From: Candidatus Cloacimonadales bacterium
GTDB lineage: Bacteria > Cloacimonadota > Cloacimonadia > Cloacimonadales > DAONDQ01
DNA length: 64,000 bases
Assembly: GCA_963662275.1 (NCBI GenBank)
Contig: OY759316.1
Location: forward strand, 704,001-768,000
Reading direction: 5' to 3'
The notes beneath the pieces are model-generated. The model searched no databases and was not told the DNA's origin. It saw only the letters and a program-made list of their open reading frames with translations. This document shows positions 1 to 9,942 of this stretch, one piece after another; the first letter of the stretch is position 1, and each line of letters begins with the position of its first letter. A program made the translations under genes and the position numbers.

Positions 1-497
1 ATCAGATATTTCCAGGCAGCTTCCAGGGAGCGTCTGTTCTGATGATAATAGATCAAGGGAGCGCTTGCCAGTGTGGTGGCTTCAATTGCCATCCACTGCA
101 AGCCTAGATGCCTGCTTAGGATAGCCAAGCTCATGGATGCCAGGAAAAGCAGCATACTGCCGGTAAATACAGATTCAGGAGCATTATTCAGTAAACCTCC
201 TGCTTCAGAATCAGGTCTTTGATCTGCTGGTTCTCTTGAAACATAGCCCAGTCCGTAAACGGATACAATCATAAACAGGAAACTGGTTAATGAAAGAAAC
301 AAAGCACTGAGCGAATCCATGCCAATCCATTGTTCAGCCAGCAAATATTCAGTAAAATAAGCAGCTTTAATAGTAAGAACAAAATGAGCCACTGCTGTGA
401 TCACCCACAATGATCGTCTAACACGGTCATTCTTGATAAAATATGCCAGGATACCAGTCAATACAGGGATGAGGATGATACATAAAAGCAGCATCAT
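1..497 (-). CDS. hyfF: HyfF-like proton-translocating membrane subunit (runs off the window edge)
   Basis: Manual translation MMLLLCIILIPVLTG...LGLQWMAIEATTLASAPLIYY...SLEAAWKYL; the ATG overlaps the hyfE stop (ATGA). Confidence 0.85.
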   Translation of the reverse strand, partial: MMLLLCIILIPVLTGILAYFIKNDRVRRSLWVITAVAHFVLTIKAAYFTEYLLAEQWIGMDSLSALFLSLTSFLFMIVSVYGLGYVSREPADQRPDSEAGGLLNNAPESVFTGSMLLFLASMSLAILSRHLGLQWMAIEATTLASAPLIYYHQNRRSLEAAWKYL

Positions 498-1162
498 GAT
501 TCCCCTTCCTCATTTAGCTCCAGTACTGCAGGTACTTCAGATAATTCCGTGAAACGATCAACATCTGTATGCTGGAATTCACGATCAAGATGAAACAGCA
601 TGTTACCCATCAGGAATACACCCACAAATACATCGAGTAGAATACCCAGTTCAACAATTAAGGGAAATTCAAGACTGATACTCACACCAAGTGCATACAC
701 TCCGTTTTCTAATAAAAGATAGGCAAGTGTTTGCATAATGGCTTTGCGCCTGGAAATCATTAAAAACAAACCTACTAATATCAGGAATAATGCTGTTGCC
801 GTCATCACAATGGATATATGTGACGGCAACTGCATTTGAATCGAAAGCCAAGCTGATAATCCTAATAAAACAACACCGATAAGAATGGAACCACTGAAAG
901 AAACAATCGGGTGTTCTTCCCTCATAATACCAGTCTGTTTTAGAACAGTCTGCATCAGTAATGGAAGAATGATACCCTTAAATAGAATACCGCTTAACGC
1001 TAAAATCAATATAGCAACTGAGATATGCCCAACACTTCTCACCAGTGGCAGTAATCCCAGGAATATTCCTTGTATAGCTACTACTCTGATAGCTGTCCTG
1101 GGACGACTGGAACCTAGGATAAATAGACAGGATAGAATCAGGATAATCGATATCGTATTCAT
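494..1162 (-). CDS. hyfE: Hydrogenase-4 component E-like membrane protein
   Basis: Hydrophobic 222 aa with YLLLENG and VELGILLDVFVGV motifs; position in the operon. Confidence 0.85.
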   Translation of the reverse strand: MNTISIILILSCLFILGSSRPRTAIRVVAIQGIFLGLLPLVRSVGHISVAILILALSGILFKGIILPLLMQTVLKQTGIMREEHPIVSFSGSILIGVVLLGLSAWLSIQMQLPSHISIVMTATALFLILVGLFLMISRRKAIMQTLAYLLLENGVYALGVSISLEFPLIVELGILLDVFVGVFLMGNMLFHLDREFQHTDVDRFTELSEVPAVLELNEEGES

Positions 1163-2082
1163 TGATAATACCCCAAAAGTTTGATCATCAGTGCAATCAA
1201 ACCTAAAGCAGCAGAGCTGATAAGCATGATGGGTATTTGCAGTAATTTAAAACGAGCCATGACTGATTCAACAATACCTATGATGACATTCACAAAAAAC
1301 ATGCCGATGATAAACACAGCAACTTGCTGCCAGAGAGCTTCAAACCTCAACGGCACTACCAAATTCACGAGTAGTCCGCTAAATATCCACAACTTGAGGG
1401 AAGAGGCATATTCAATATAGGCTAGATCCGGTCCGCTTGCATCAAGGATCATGACTTCATGAATCATAGTCAGTTCAAGATGAGTATTCGGATCATCGAC
1501 TGGAATACGTGAATTCTCAGTTAATAGAATAAAAAACCAGGCAAAGGAAACCATCACAAGTAATGCTGCGGAAGTCTGCCAATCAGTGATGGAAATACCA
1601 GAGGATATATCTGATAAACCAAGGCTGCCTGTATGAAGAATTAGCACAAGGAAGCCTAAAAATAAAGCCGGTTCAGCCAATGCAGCAAATTGTACTTCTC
1701 TGCTGGCTCCCATACCCTCAAATGCAGAACCGGTATCCAATGCCAGTAGAACAGTTGCAAACCTAGCCAAGCCAAGCAAGTAGATCAGCAGGATAAAATC
1801 TCCTGAAAAAGTAACAGGAGCAGACATTCCACCCCAGGGAAGTATCAGGGTTGCAAGAATTAGACATGTTAAAATTACTGAAGGAGCTAAGCGTGTTACT
1901 AAAGTCGTTGTTCTGCTATACACGCTTCCCTTCTGCAAGAGTTTAAATATGTCAAAATATAATTGAAAGACACTTGGTCCTTTCCTTCCTGCAAATATAG
2001 ACTTCACACGATTAATCACACCGAAAAGAAGCGGAGATAATATCCAGGCACATGCAGGAAAAATGAAAGATGAATAGTTCAT
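1159..2082 (-). CDS. hyfC: HyfC/HycD (NuoH-like) membrane subunit
   Basis: GRKGPS, DTGSAFEGMGASRE and ENSRIPVDDPNTHLELTMIHE motifs; start moved to the ATG at 2082, which overlaps the hyfB stop. Confidence 0.88.
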   Translation of the reverse strand: MNYSSFIFPACAWILSPLLFGVINRVKSIFAGRKGPSVFQLYFDIFKLLQKGSVYSRTTTLVTRLAPSVILTCLILATLILPWGGMSAPVTFSGDFILLIYLLGLARFATVLLALDTGSAFEGMGASREVQFAALAEPALFLGFLVLILHTGSLGLSDISSGISITDWQTSAALLVMVSFAWFFILLTENSRIPVDDPNTHLELTMIHEVMILDASGPDLAYIEYASSLKLWIFSGLLVNLVVPLRFEALWQQVAVFIIGMFFVNVIIGIVESVMARFKLLQIPIMLISSAALGLIALMIKLLGYYQ

Positions 2083-4064
2083 TGTGCAAATCCAACTTTC
2101 CAGATGAGAAGAATGATCAAAGTCAATGCAAGGTATAAAAGGTATCCGTGCAAATTGCCATGCTGTAACTTCCGAAAAGGAGAAATCCATTTAGCGACTA
2201 GCTTGAATAATGGTTCAAAAAGCTGTTTCTTCATCACATCAGGTGTATCAGTATGGAACGTGGATTTCGCAGGGAAATATCCTTCTATCTCCTTCCCTTC
2301 TTTCTTCGTACTTAAAACTATCTTGAATAAGCTTGCCAGGGGTTGTGCGTATGAGGAAGCAGTGTATTGCATGCGGGATGTAGGTTTAGCATATCCGCAA
2401 TCCCAAGTTCCTGTAATCCCAATTTGTTTGGCACGAGGCAAAGCCTTTCTGAATAAATATATTAAACCAGCTAGTAAAAAAACAGCTATAAAAAAGATAC
2501 TGATCTTGGTTAAAATGGTTATCATACCTAAAGTAGGATTCACAAAACCATAGACACTGCTGCTTGCCAGTGTTTGTACAGGTGGTAAGATCCAATTGAT
2601 GGTAAGAGGAGCAAAAAGACCGATTAATATACATGAAATGGCAAGAATTGCCATAGGATATTTCATCATCCCATCCACTTCATGTACATGTTCAGAATAT
2701 TCAATTCTTTGCTCTCCTAAGAAAATGATGCCAAATGCCTTGGTAAAGCAAGCAACAGCTAGACCACCAATTAATGCTAATCCAACTAGAACACATGCTG
2801 CCAGGATGATAGGACCCGGTAAGGCAGACTGGATACCGCTGATGCCTGCCAGGTAAATATAAAACTCACTGATAAAACCATTCAGGGGAGGCAATCCGGC
2901 AATGGCAGCAGAACCTATGAGGAAAGTTGTTCCTGTCCAACGCATACGTTTAATTAAACCACCCAATTGCTCAATGTCTCTTGTTCCGGTACTATGAGCT
3001 ACAGCTCCGGCACCGAAGAATAATAGGCTTTTAAAGATAGCATGATTCAGCACATGCAGCAATCCACCACCAAAGCCGAAAAGGATGAGGGCAGGAATAT
3101 TCCAGGATACTCCTAAAACACCTACACCAAGACCAATGGTGATGATACCGATGTTTTCCACACTGTGATAAGCGAGTAAACGTTTGATATCATGTTGTGC
3201 TAAGGCAAAAACAACTCCAAAAACACCGGATGTGATTCCGATCAGTACTAAAGCCCATCCCCAAAAGGCTGAAGGCGTTCCCAATAAAACCAGTACTCGT
3301 AAAATACCGTATATGCCTGTTTTAATCATCACACCGGACATTAAAGCTGAAATATGGCTCGGTGCAGCAGGATGCGCTTCCGGGAGCCAAATATGCAAAG
3401 GGATGAAACCAGCTTTCACACCAAATCCGAAGAGAGCTAAAAGAAATAAAATACCGCCTTGCCAGGCGATTGGATGCACAAGCGACATTTGATCGAACTG
3501 CATGGAACCGGCACTGCTTCCCAGCCAGGCAAAAAATATCAGCAAGGCTGCAGTTCCAATATGTGTAGCTACGAGATATGTCCAACCCGCTTCCCTCACT
3601 TTCGCATTTTCATGATCAAACATCACCAGGAAGAAGGAACTGACAGCCATTAGTTCCCAAACAATTAGAAACATCAGCCCATTCCTGGATACCATGAGCA
3701 GAAGCATACTAATAACCAGGATGCAATAGAAAAACCAGTGAGAAGATAATCTTCGCTTTTCTTGGGCTAGATATGATTTACCATACAGGATGGCTAATGG
3801 AGAAATGAGTAGGATGGGAATACAGAAAAATGCTGATAAAGCATCCATCCCAAAAGAAAGGGTTCCCCCAAACAGAGACCAATTGAAGTCGAGGGGTATT
3901 TGAGTATTACCACGTAAAGTATTAAAAACGGGCACAAATATGATTGCACTACCTAACCAAACACCAATAATAGAAGTTAGGGAATTGCTACGATTGTCTT
4001 CTAAAATAAGTGAAAATACCCCGCCGCAAAAGATAATGAAACACCCAGCTATAAATAAGAGCAT
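2079..4064 (-). CDS. hyfB: HyfB/HycC-like (NuoL/MrpA family) proton-translocating subunit
   Basis: HIWLPEAHPAAPSHISALMSG, KRLLAYHSVENIG and TWDCGY...RMQYTASSYAQP motifs. Confidence 0.9.
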   Translation of the reverse strand: MLLFIAGCFIIFCGGVFSLILEDNRSNSLTSIIGVWLGSAIIFVPVFNTLRGNTQIPLDFNWSLFGGTLSFGMDALSAFFCIPILLISPLAILYGKSYLAQEKRRLSSHWFFYCILVISMLLLMVSRNGLMFLIVWELMAVSSFFLVMFDHENAKVREAGWTYLVATHIGTAALLIFFAWLGSSAGSMQFDQMSLVHPIAWQGGILFLLALFGFGVKAGFIPLHIWLPEAHPAAPSHISALMSGVMIKTGIYGILRVLVLLGTPSAFWGWALVLIGITSGVFGVVFALAQHDIKRLLAYHSVENIGIITIGLGVGVLGVSWNIPALILFGFGGGLLHVLNHAIFKSLLFFGAGAVAHSTGTRDIEQLGGLIKRMRWTGTTFLIGSAAIAGLPPLNGFISEFYIYLAGISGIQSALPGPIILAACVLVGLALIGGLAVACFTKAFGIIFLGEQRIEYSEHVHEVDGMMKYPMAILAISCILIGLFAPLTINWILPPVQTLASSSVYGFVNPTLGMITILTKISIFFIAVFLLAGLIYLFRKALPRAKQIGITGTWDCGYAKPTSRMQYTASSYAQPLASLFKIVLSTKKEGKEIEGYFPAKSTFHTDTPDVMKKQLFEPLFKLVAKWISPFRKLQHGNLHGYLLYLALTLIILLIWKVGFAQ

Positions 4065-4065
4065 C

Positions 4066-4737
4066 TCAGCCTTTCAATTGTCCTTCACATAAACGTTCTT
4101 CAGCTTCCTGGAAGACTTGAAGAATAGTATCTTCTGAGGCTACAGAAATAATTGTCTCCTTGCAGTGTTGATCATGTAATAAACAAGCAAGTTTTGCCAA
4201 TATACGCAGATGTGTGCTGACATTTGGAGAGATGATGGAAAATAGTATATGCACAGGTTTTCCATCTAAAGCGCTATAATCAATCGGATTTTCCAGGAAT
4301 GCTAATGAGATTAAAGGCTGATTAACGTAACCTACCAGAGTACCGCTGGCATGGGGAATAGCAATGCCATTTCCGATTCCGGTGGAGTAAAGGTCTTCCC
4401 GTGCAAGGAACATTTGAAGTATGGGTTTCATTTCGGGAGAGGCAAGCCCTTTAACCAATTTCAAGGCATTATGCAGTACTTCACTTTTTGTGACTCCACC
4501 AACCTGGTAAAAGATTCCACCATGCTGCAGCATATTACTAACTGAAATATCAATATCTTTCTGGGGAAATTCAAAGCTGACTTTCCTGGTAAGTGCCAGT
4601 AGATTATCCACATCAACCAATTCTAAGTATATCTCATTCCCAAGTTTATGTGTATTGAGACGACCGCTGTCAATCCATTGGTAAACTTTCTTTTGTGAAA
4701 CACCTAGTCTGTCTGCTGCTTCTTTCACTGAAATCAC
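4066..4737 (-). CDS. Excisionase-type HTH fused to a PTS EIIA (Ntr/Fru-type) domain
   Basis: N-terminal SVKEAADRLGVSQKKVYQWIDSG; STGIGNGIAIPHA phospho-His motif; GGAGG RBS before the GTG at 4737. Confidence 0.85.
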   Translation of the reverse strand: MISVKEAADRLGVSQKKVYQWIDSGRLNTHKLGNEIYLELVDVDNLLALTRKVSFEFPQKDIDISVSNMLQHGGIFYQVGGVTKSEVLHNALKLVKGLASPEMKPILQMFLAREDLYSTGIGNGIAIPHASGTLVGYVNQPLISLAFLENPIDYSALDGKPVHILFSIISPNVSTHLRILAKLACLLHDQHCKETIISVASEDTILQVFQEAEERLCEGQLKG

Positions 4738-4842
4738 GTGTCTACCTCCGTAGCTGATTAATTTGTTGATTGTCATTTTTAGAATGATTATTTAAAATGT
4801 CAAAGAAAAGAGGTAATTATTCGTAATTAATGCAAAAAGAGG

Positions 4843-4972
4843 TTAGGTGCTAGGTGTTAGGTGCTAGGTGCTAGGTGTTAGGTGCTAGGTACTAGGTGTT
4901 AGGTTTTAGGTACTAGGTGTTAGGTGTTAGGTACTAGGTGTTAGGTGTTAGGTACTAGGTGTTAGGTGCTAG
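4843..4972. repeat. Tandem heptamer array (YTAGGTR), about 18 units
   Basis: ttaggtg/ctaggtg/ctaggta repeated directly. Confidence 0.95.
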
Positions 4973-5244
4973 TGGTTAGAGGATAGAGCTTTTTTATACA
5001 CCCCCTTTAAAATCAGGAGAACGCTAAAGAGAAATAAGCGGAACATGACTGAACTATCAACGAGAAAAGTCTCGATTATGCCTCGGTTATTATATAGGTG
5101 GCTTTCTTGTGACAAGAAAGAGTTAAGAGTGGGGAAAGAGGATGGGGATAAGTTAAAACTGTTAAAACAATTATGGATATATCGATAAAACACTTCAAAG
5201 GAAAATAAATACGTATTGAAAGAATATGAAGTTCGGAGAACGGA

Positions 5245-5284
5245 ATTCTGCTAGCCCAGGAAGGACTTCCTGGGCTAGCAGAAT
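5245..5284. repeat. Perfect 19-bp inverted repeat (REP-like); related copy at 54444-54471
   Basis: ATTCTGCTAGCCCAGGAAG-GA-CTTCCTGGGCTAGCAGAAT. Confidence 0.9.
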
Positions 5285-5366
5285 GACATCCTACGGATTG
5301 AATTTAGGCAGAGTAGGGGCGCATGGCAATACGCCCTTCATTACTTATTCGGGTGTTAAATGAGGA

Positions 5367-5562
5367 TTTGGAGTTCAATTGCCCTTAATCGATTACCAAT
5401 GAATACCTGACTAAAAGGGAAAATGGACTGTATATGAAAGTTAAGAGTTTGGAGTTCAAATGCCCTAAACAAATTATTATTGAATACCTGATTAAAAGGG
5501 CATTCGGACTTCAAACTCGACCTTTCATCGTTGGTAGCGAAAACCTGTTTCTGAGAAGTTCA
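5367..5562 (+). repeat. Dispersed ~130-200 bp element, copy 1 (internally duplicated)
   Basis: TTTGGAGTTCAAnTGCCC...AAAAGGG twice, then GGACTTCA...GGTAGCGAAAACCTGTTT; homologous to 6381-6580 (inverted) and 29335-29465. Confidence 0.85.
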
Positions 5563-5757
5563 AAGCCGATCTTTCATGTAAAGTTCGAATTTCAATTTAT
5601 CTGGATAATTTCCAAAGTCTCGAAGGAAATCTGAACTCTAAACCAGCAGAAGCCAGGGGAGTCCGAAACGCACGGGGTGAGGTGTTCAGGTCTGCTCTTT
5701 AAAACTTAATTAGCTTTAACCAATCGATAAAAAGTCTGCTATACAATTAAGTATGTT

Positions 5758-6000
5758 TCATCTAGGACTCATCTAGGCATTATCTAGGGATCATCTAGAC
5801 TTTGTTAGATTTTCCTAGGAAGATGCTGTATTCATATTCTTTTTCAACTTTTTTTGTATTGGAAGAGGAATCCTTGTGGCACACTCTTTGTACCTAAATG
5901 AGATACCAAACAGGTACTAGCCAGGAACTAGTCAGGTAGTAACCAGGTTCTAAAGTATTTTAGTTTTTGACTAGCTTCTGATTAGTAGGTTATTAGTTTT
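5758..6000. repeat. Two degenerate 11-bp-period arrays (CATCTAGGnnT and GAACTAGTCAG type), the second with an inverted arm
   Basis: catctaggact/catctaggcat/tatctagggat/catctagact; gtactagccag/gaactagtcag/gtagtaaccag followed by ttgactagctt/ctgattagtag. Confidence 0.7.
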
Positions 6001-6093
6001 ACTTGTATTTGTCTTTCAAGGGCGGTTTGAAGAAGCCGGAAAGGGTAGAAGTGACATGAGACCAGAAGCTAGGAACTACGTGCAGATGGATAT

Positions 6094-6351
6094 TCACATT
6101 CTCTTTGCATATGCCTTCCAAGCCGGATGCTTGATCATTTCTGCTTTTGCAGTTTTCTCCGCGATCCCATATTCAAGTTTCATTGTTGTTATCATGTATT
6201 GTGTCATTCCTTTGAGTACATCATCGTAGCTTGTCAAATTACCCACTTGATCAGTACATTGAGTACAATATGGATTCAGCGGATTTTCTCCACCATACTG
6301 TTCAGTTGTTTCCATAGGCATTCCACAGCTTTTGCACGTTTGTGTGACCAT
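6094..6351 (-). CDS. Small zinc-ribbon domain protein
   Basis: CKSCGMPM...NPYCTQC...HPAWK; GAGGAG RBS. Confidence 0.8.
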   Translation of the reverse strand: MVTQTCKSCGMPMETTEQYGGENPLNPYCTQCTDQVGNLTSYDDVLKGMTQYMITTMKLEYGIAEKTAKAEMIKHPAWKAYAKRM

Positions 6352-6380
6352 TAATTCTCCTCGTAATACTGTCAGTTTTT

Positions 6381-6580
6381 AAACTTCCCGGAAGACAGGT
6401 TTTCGCTGCCGATGATGAAAGGTCGATTATGAAGTCCACTTGCCCTTTTAATCATATGCTCATTTAAAATTAGCTAGGGCAAATGAACTCCAAAATCTTA
6501 GCTTTCATGCAAAATCCATTTGTCCTTTTAGTTAAGTATTCAATGATAATTTGTTAAGGGCATTTGAACTCCAAACTCTT
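6381..6580 (-). repeat. Dispersed element, copy 2 (inverted relative to 5367-5562)
   Basis: Reverse complement reads AAGAGTTTGGAGTTCAAATGCCC...GCATGAAAGCTAAGATTTTGGAGTTC...GGCAGCGAAAACCTGTCTT. Confidence 0.85.
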
Positions 6581-6755
6581 GGCAATTATATGAACTCCAA
6601 AGCCATTGTTTTCATACAAATTCATTAATAAGATAACGTAATAAAAACAGAAAACAATAAGCAATTTGCTGATGAAGATCAGATCGGAAATGACAACTCA
6701 CTTTTCGCTGGAATGACAGATCTCTTTCACTTTGTGTATAGTTTTTTTTAATATC

Positions 6756-7697
6756 CTAATCAAAATTCAGAGTTTTTTCGATGGAAACAGTATCTCCATG
6801 ATTCTGTCTTCGTCCCTGGTGCACAATGAGTTCTGCAAGAAGTCCGAGAGAGAAAAGCTGCAAACCGGCAAGAATGAGTAAAACACCCAGGAAGAGTAAA
6901 GGTCTGTTGGTTAGAGGCATACTAAAAAACAACTTGGCAATACTTAAATAGAGGGTAATGAGAAAACCAAGCAAGGTAAGTACAGTACCCAAGCCACCAA
7001 AAAAATATAAGGGGCTGCGAATGTACTGGGTGACAAGTTTCACAGTAAGCAGGTCAAAGAAACCTCTCAGGTAACGTTCAATTCCATATTTTGAAACACC
7101 ATGTTCACGGGAGCGGTGCTGTACAGGAATTTCCCCAACTTTGTAGCCTTTTGCATAAGCTAAAGCTGGAATATATCTATGCATTTCACCATAGACATCG
7201 ATGTTTTTGATTACTTCGCGTTTGTATGCTTTAAAACCACAATTATAATCATGCAGTTTCAATTTGAATGTATTTTGGGTTACTGAGTTGAATAACTTAG
7301 AAGGAATTCGCTTATGAAGAGGGTCGAGTCTCTTTTTCTTCCAGCCGGATACCATATCGTAGCCTTCTTCAATCTTTTTCAGAAAATTTGGTATTTCAAT
7401 AGGATTATCCTGTAAATCTGCATCCATTGTGAATACAATATCACCACTTGCTAATCGAAAACCGGTATTCAATCCGGCAGCCTTACCAAAGTTCTTTCGG
7501 AATTTGATGACTTTGACTTTCGGGTCATTAGAAGCTATTTTGCTTAAAACATCGAAACTTCCATCATTACTGCCATCATCAATAAAAATGATTTCATAAT
7601 CATGACCATTCAGGTTCTGTAGAATTTCTTTGTACAGAATTTCGATTGTGTCTTTTTCATTGAACAATGGAATTACAAAGGATAACAGCATAATCAT
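6756..7697 (-). CDS. GT2 polyprenyl-phosphate glycosyltransferase (ArnC/GtrB/DPM1-like)
   Basis: IDDGSND, RKNFGKAAG, MDADLQD and DYNCGFKAY motifs; two C-terminal TM helices. Confidence 0.88.
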   Translation of the reverse strand: MIMLLSFVIPLFNEKDTIEILYKEILQNLNGHDYEIIFIDDGSNDGSFDVLSKIASNDPKVKVIKFRKNFGKAAGLNTGFRLASGDIVFTMDADLQDNPIEIPNFLKKIEEGYDMVSGWKKKRLDPLHKRIPSKLFNSVTQNTFKLKLHDYNCGFKAYKREVIKNIDVYGEMHRYIPALAYAKGYKVGEIPVQHRSREHGVSKYGIERYLRGFFDLLTVKLVTQYIRSPLYFFGGLGTVLTLLGFLITLYLSIAKLFFSMPLTNRPLLFLGVLLILAGLQLFSLGLLAELIVHQGRRQNHGDTVSIEKTLNFD

Positions 7698-7738
7698 TCC
7701 TCTTTCTAATTTCTTATACATTGAACTGGGAGTTACCC

Positions 7739-7810
7739 AACCGCCTGAAGTCGGCGCTACTAAACTGCCTGAAGACGGAGCTACTAAACCGCCTGAAGAC
7801 GGAGCTACCT
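7739..7810 (-). repeat. Three tandem 24-bp GTAG-type REP-like units; related copy at 60326-60347
   Basis: AACCGCCTGAAGACGGAGCTACTA x3; the reverse complement begins with GTAG before an imperfect hairpin. Confidence 0.85.
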
Positions 7811-7811
7811 T

Positions 7812-8408
7812 TTAAATAAATATAGAAACCAGTGACATCACGATTCCTGCGATTAATGGAATCCTGATATTATCGTCAACCGGAATATTCGAGATTTCGG
7901 ATAAAGTAGTTGCCAGGGCACCAGCTAAAGCGATGAAAGGAGGCAAGAAAAAAAGACCAAAGATAAAGGTACTGGTAAAACAAGCTATTCCTCCTTCAAG
8001 ACTCTTCTTCGTTCCGGCGATCTTTCTTTTACCAAATGGCATCCCGATAATGGCTGCAAAAGTATCTCCAATCGAGAGAAAAGCCATGGAACAAAAACAT
8101 ATTGTCGGACTTAAAAAAGCAACACAAAGAACTGAAGATACCATCATATAGGTAGCACCGGTAAAATCTTTCCGTTCGTGTGAACGAAGCAGCAAACCGA
8201 ATAATTTATGAAAAATCCTTTTCACGGTCGGTCTTTCCAACCTAATCAGCTCGATGATAATAGCAAGAATGCAGAGAACGAGTACAATCCTAAACATCAA
8301 GGTTCGATTATTATGCAGAATATACCTGTAGGTGAGTGGTATCACCATAGAACTCAGGTGTATCGATTTTCGAAGAGTTTCCTTGATGGCTTGAGGGTTA
8401 ATTACCAT
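7812..8408 (-). CDS. CTP-dependent prenol/diacylglycerol kinase family (SEC59/DGK1/VTE5-like)
   Basis: RKSIHL, GDTFAAIIGMPFG, KKSLEG and DDNIRIP motifs. Confidence 0.85.
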   Translation of the reverse strand: MVINPQAIKETLRKSIHLSSMVIPLTYRYILHNNRTLMFRIVLVLCILAIIIELIRLERPTVKRIFHKLFGLLLRSHERKDFTGATYMMVSSVLCVAFLSPTICFCSMAFLSIGDTFAAIIGMPFGKRKIAGTKKSLEGGIACFTSTFIFGLFFLPPFIALAGALATTLSEISNIPVDDNIRIPLIAGIVMSLVSIFI

Positions 8409-8490
8409 GAGCCGTCCTCTTTAATGAATCATCTTCGCAGCTCCGGGTTTAGCCGGTTGATATATGGATAAAAACATGAACCATTCCTTA

Positions 8491-9684
8491 TCAATGAATC
8501 ATATCAGTTAAATACGATTTCGCAATTTTCGCAAACAGTAAAGGATGATTCTTCAGTATTGAGAAGAATAATGCCTTTAAGGAGAGACTTTGTATCGGTA
8601 TTTTAGCAATTTCATGAAACAATTCATTCATTCTCTTATCAGTCGCAGAGTAAAGTTTATTTTTTAGAATATAGGCGATTTCCTGTTTCTTTCTAAATTG
8701 TGCATCCCATGCCGATTGATAAGAAGAAAGGAATTTACGGCTGTAATCTTTTTGTTTGATTGCTTTTGCACCAATCTCTCCAGCCATCTTTCCTGCATGC
8801 ATGGCATATTCAATACCTCCGCCTGTGAGCGGATTTGTCTGCCGGGCAGCATCTCCTACAAGCATCACCTGATCATGATAGATCTTTGATAGTGAGACAG
8901 CAATCGGTACTCCTCCTGCAATAAATGAAGAAGCACTACTGCCGGGGAAATGTGTTCCTATGAATGAATCCAGATATTCTTTTGCCGTTTTATCTGTTTT
9001 ACGGGCTGCAACCAAACCCAGTCCAACGTTTGCTTGTGATTTGGATTTGGGAAAAACCCAGGCATAACCTCCAGGGGCAATTTCGTTCCCGAAATACACC
9101 GCACAGCGGTTATGAGGAATATCCAGATTTTCCAATCGATATTGGACACAGGAATCAATATCCATTAATGCCAGGTTAGTATTCAAGCCAAACCAGCGCC
9201 CGACTCTAGATTCAACACCATCAGCACCTATCACAATATAGCATTTCACGATATGAATTTCATCAAAAATCCTATAGGTCACTTCTATCTTAGAATCATT
9301 ACTATACATTGAATTGATTACGTCTGCTTTAGTCAGCAGTTCTGCACCAGCAGTGATCGCCAATTGAGCGATATAATTATCAAAACGTGTCCGATCCAGG
9401 ACAAAACCCACTTCCGGGCTGATCATTTCGACCATGGTATTATCCGGTGAATATATATTGACTCCTGATATGGCGCAGCATTTCATTTCATCAGGGATAT
9501 CCAGAATGTCAGACAGATTAGATTGAAATACACCTTCTGCACATCTTACAGGAATTCCAATCGTACGATCTCTTTCCAATACCAGTACCCTCACTCCGTT
9601 TTGAGCTGCATACAATGCAGTAGTTAAACCGGCAGGTCCACCGCCAATAATTACGATATCGTAGAAATCAGAACGTTCTTTCAT
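8491..9684 (-). CDS. Geranylgeranyl reductase family FAD oxidoreductase (DGGGPL-reductase-like)
   Basis: GGGPAG, VRCAEG, GADG, APGGYAWVFPK and GDAARQTNPLTGGGI motifs. Confidence 0.88.
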   Translation of the reverse strand: MKERSDFYDIVIIGGGPAGLTTALYAAQNGVRVLVLERDRTIGIPVRCAEGVFQSNLSDILDIPDEMKCCAISGVNIYSPDNTMVEMISPEVGFVLDRTRFDNYIAQLAITAGAELLTKADVINSMYSNDSKIEVTYRIFDEIHIVKCYIVIGADGVESRVGRWFGLNTNLALMDIDSCVQYRLENLDIPHNRCAVYFGNEIAPGGYAWVFPKSKSQANVGLGLVAARKTDKTAKEYLDSFIGTHFPGSSASSFIAGGVPIAVSLSKIYHDQVMLVGDAARQTNPLTGGGIEYAMHAGKMAGEIGAKAIKQKDYSRKFLSSYQSAWDAQFRKKQEIAYILKNKLYSATDKRMNELFHEIAKIPIQSLSLKALFFSILKNHPLLFAKIAKSYLTDMIH

Positions 9685-9750
9685 TGGTTTCTAACTCCCT
9701 AACCCCTTCTTGACAAGAGAGCGGGGAAAAGATTCAGTAAGATCGGAATC

Positions 9751-9942
9751 TTACTCCACATTATTCAGAGATTCGGCTTTTTGCTCTACAGCACCAATTG
9801 GACAGGTCTTAACACAGTTCAAACAATTGGTACATTTTGCGGGATTGAAATCTACAAGATTCTCACGAAGAATAAGGGCATCTGCCGGGCATACACTGAT
9901 GCATGCACCGCATAGATCACAAATTGTAGGGTTTATTATCAT
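9751..9942 (-). CDS. 2x[4Fe-4S] ferredoxin
   Basis: CDLCGACISVCP and CTNCLNCVKTCP. Confidence 0.9.
   Translation of the reverse strand: MIINPTICDLCGACISVCPADALILRENLVDFNPAKCTNCLNCVKTCPIGAVEQKAESLNNVE

Noticed and set aside
5877..5892. sigma54-like TGGCACACTCTTTGTA
   Set aside because: GT instead of GC at -12 and no downstream plus-strand gene
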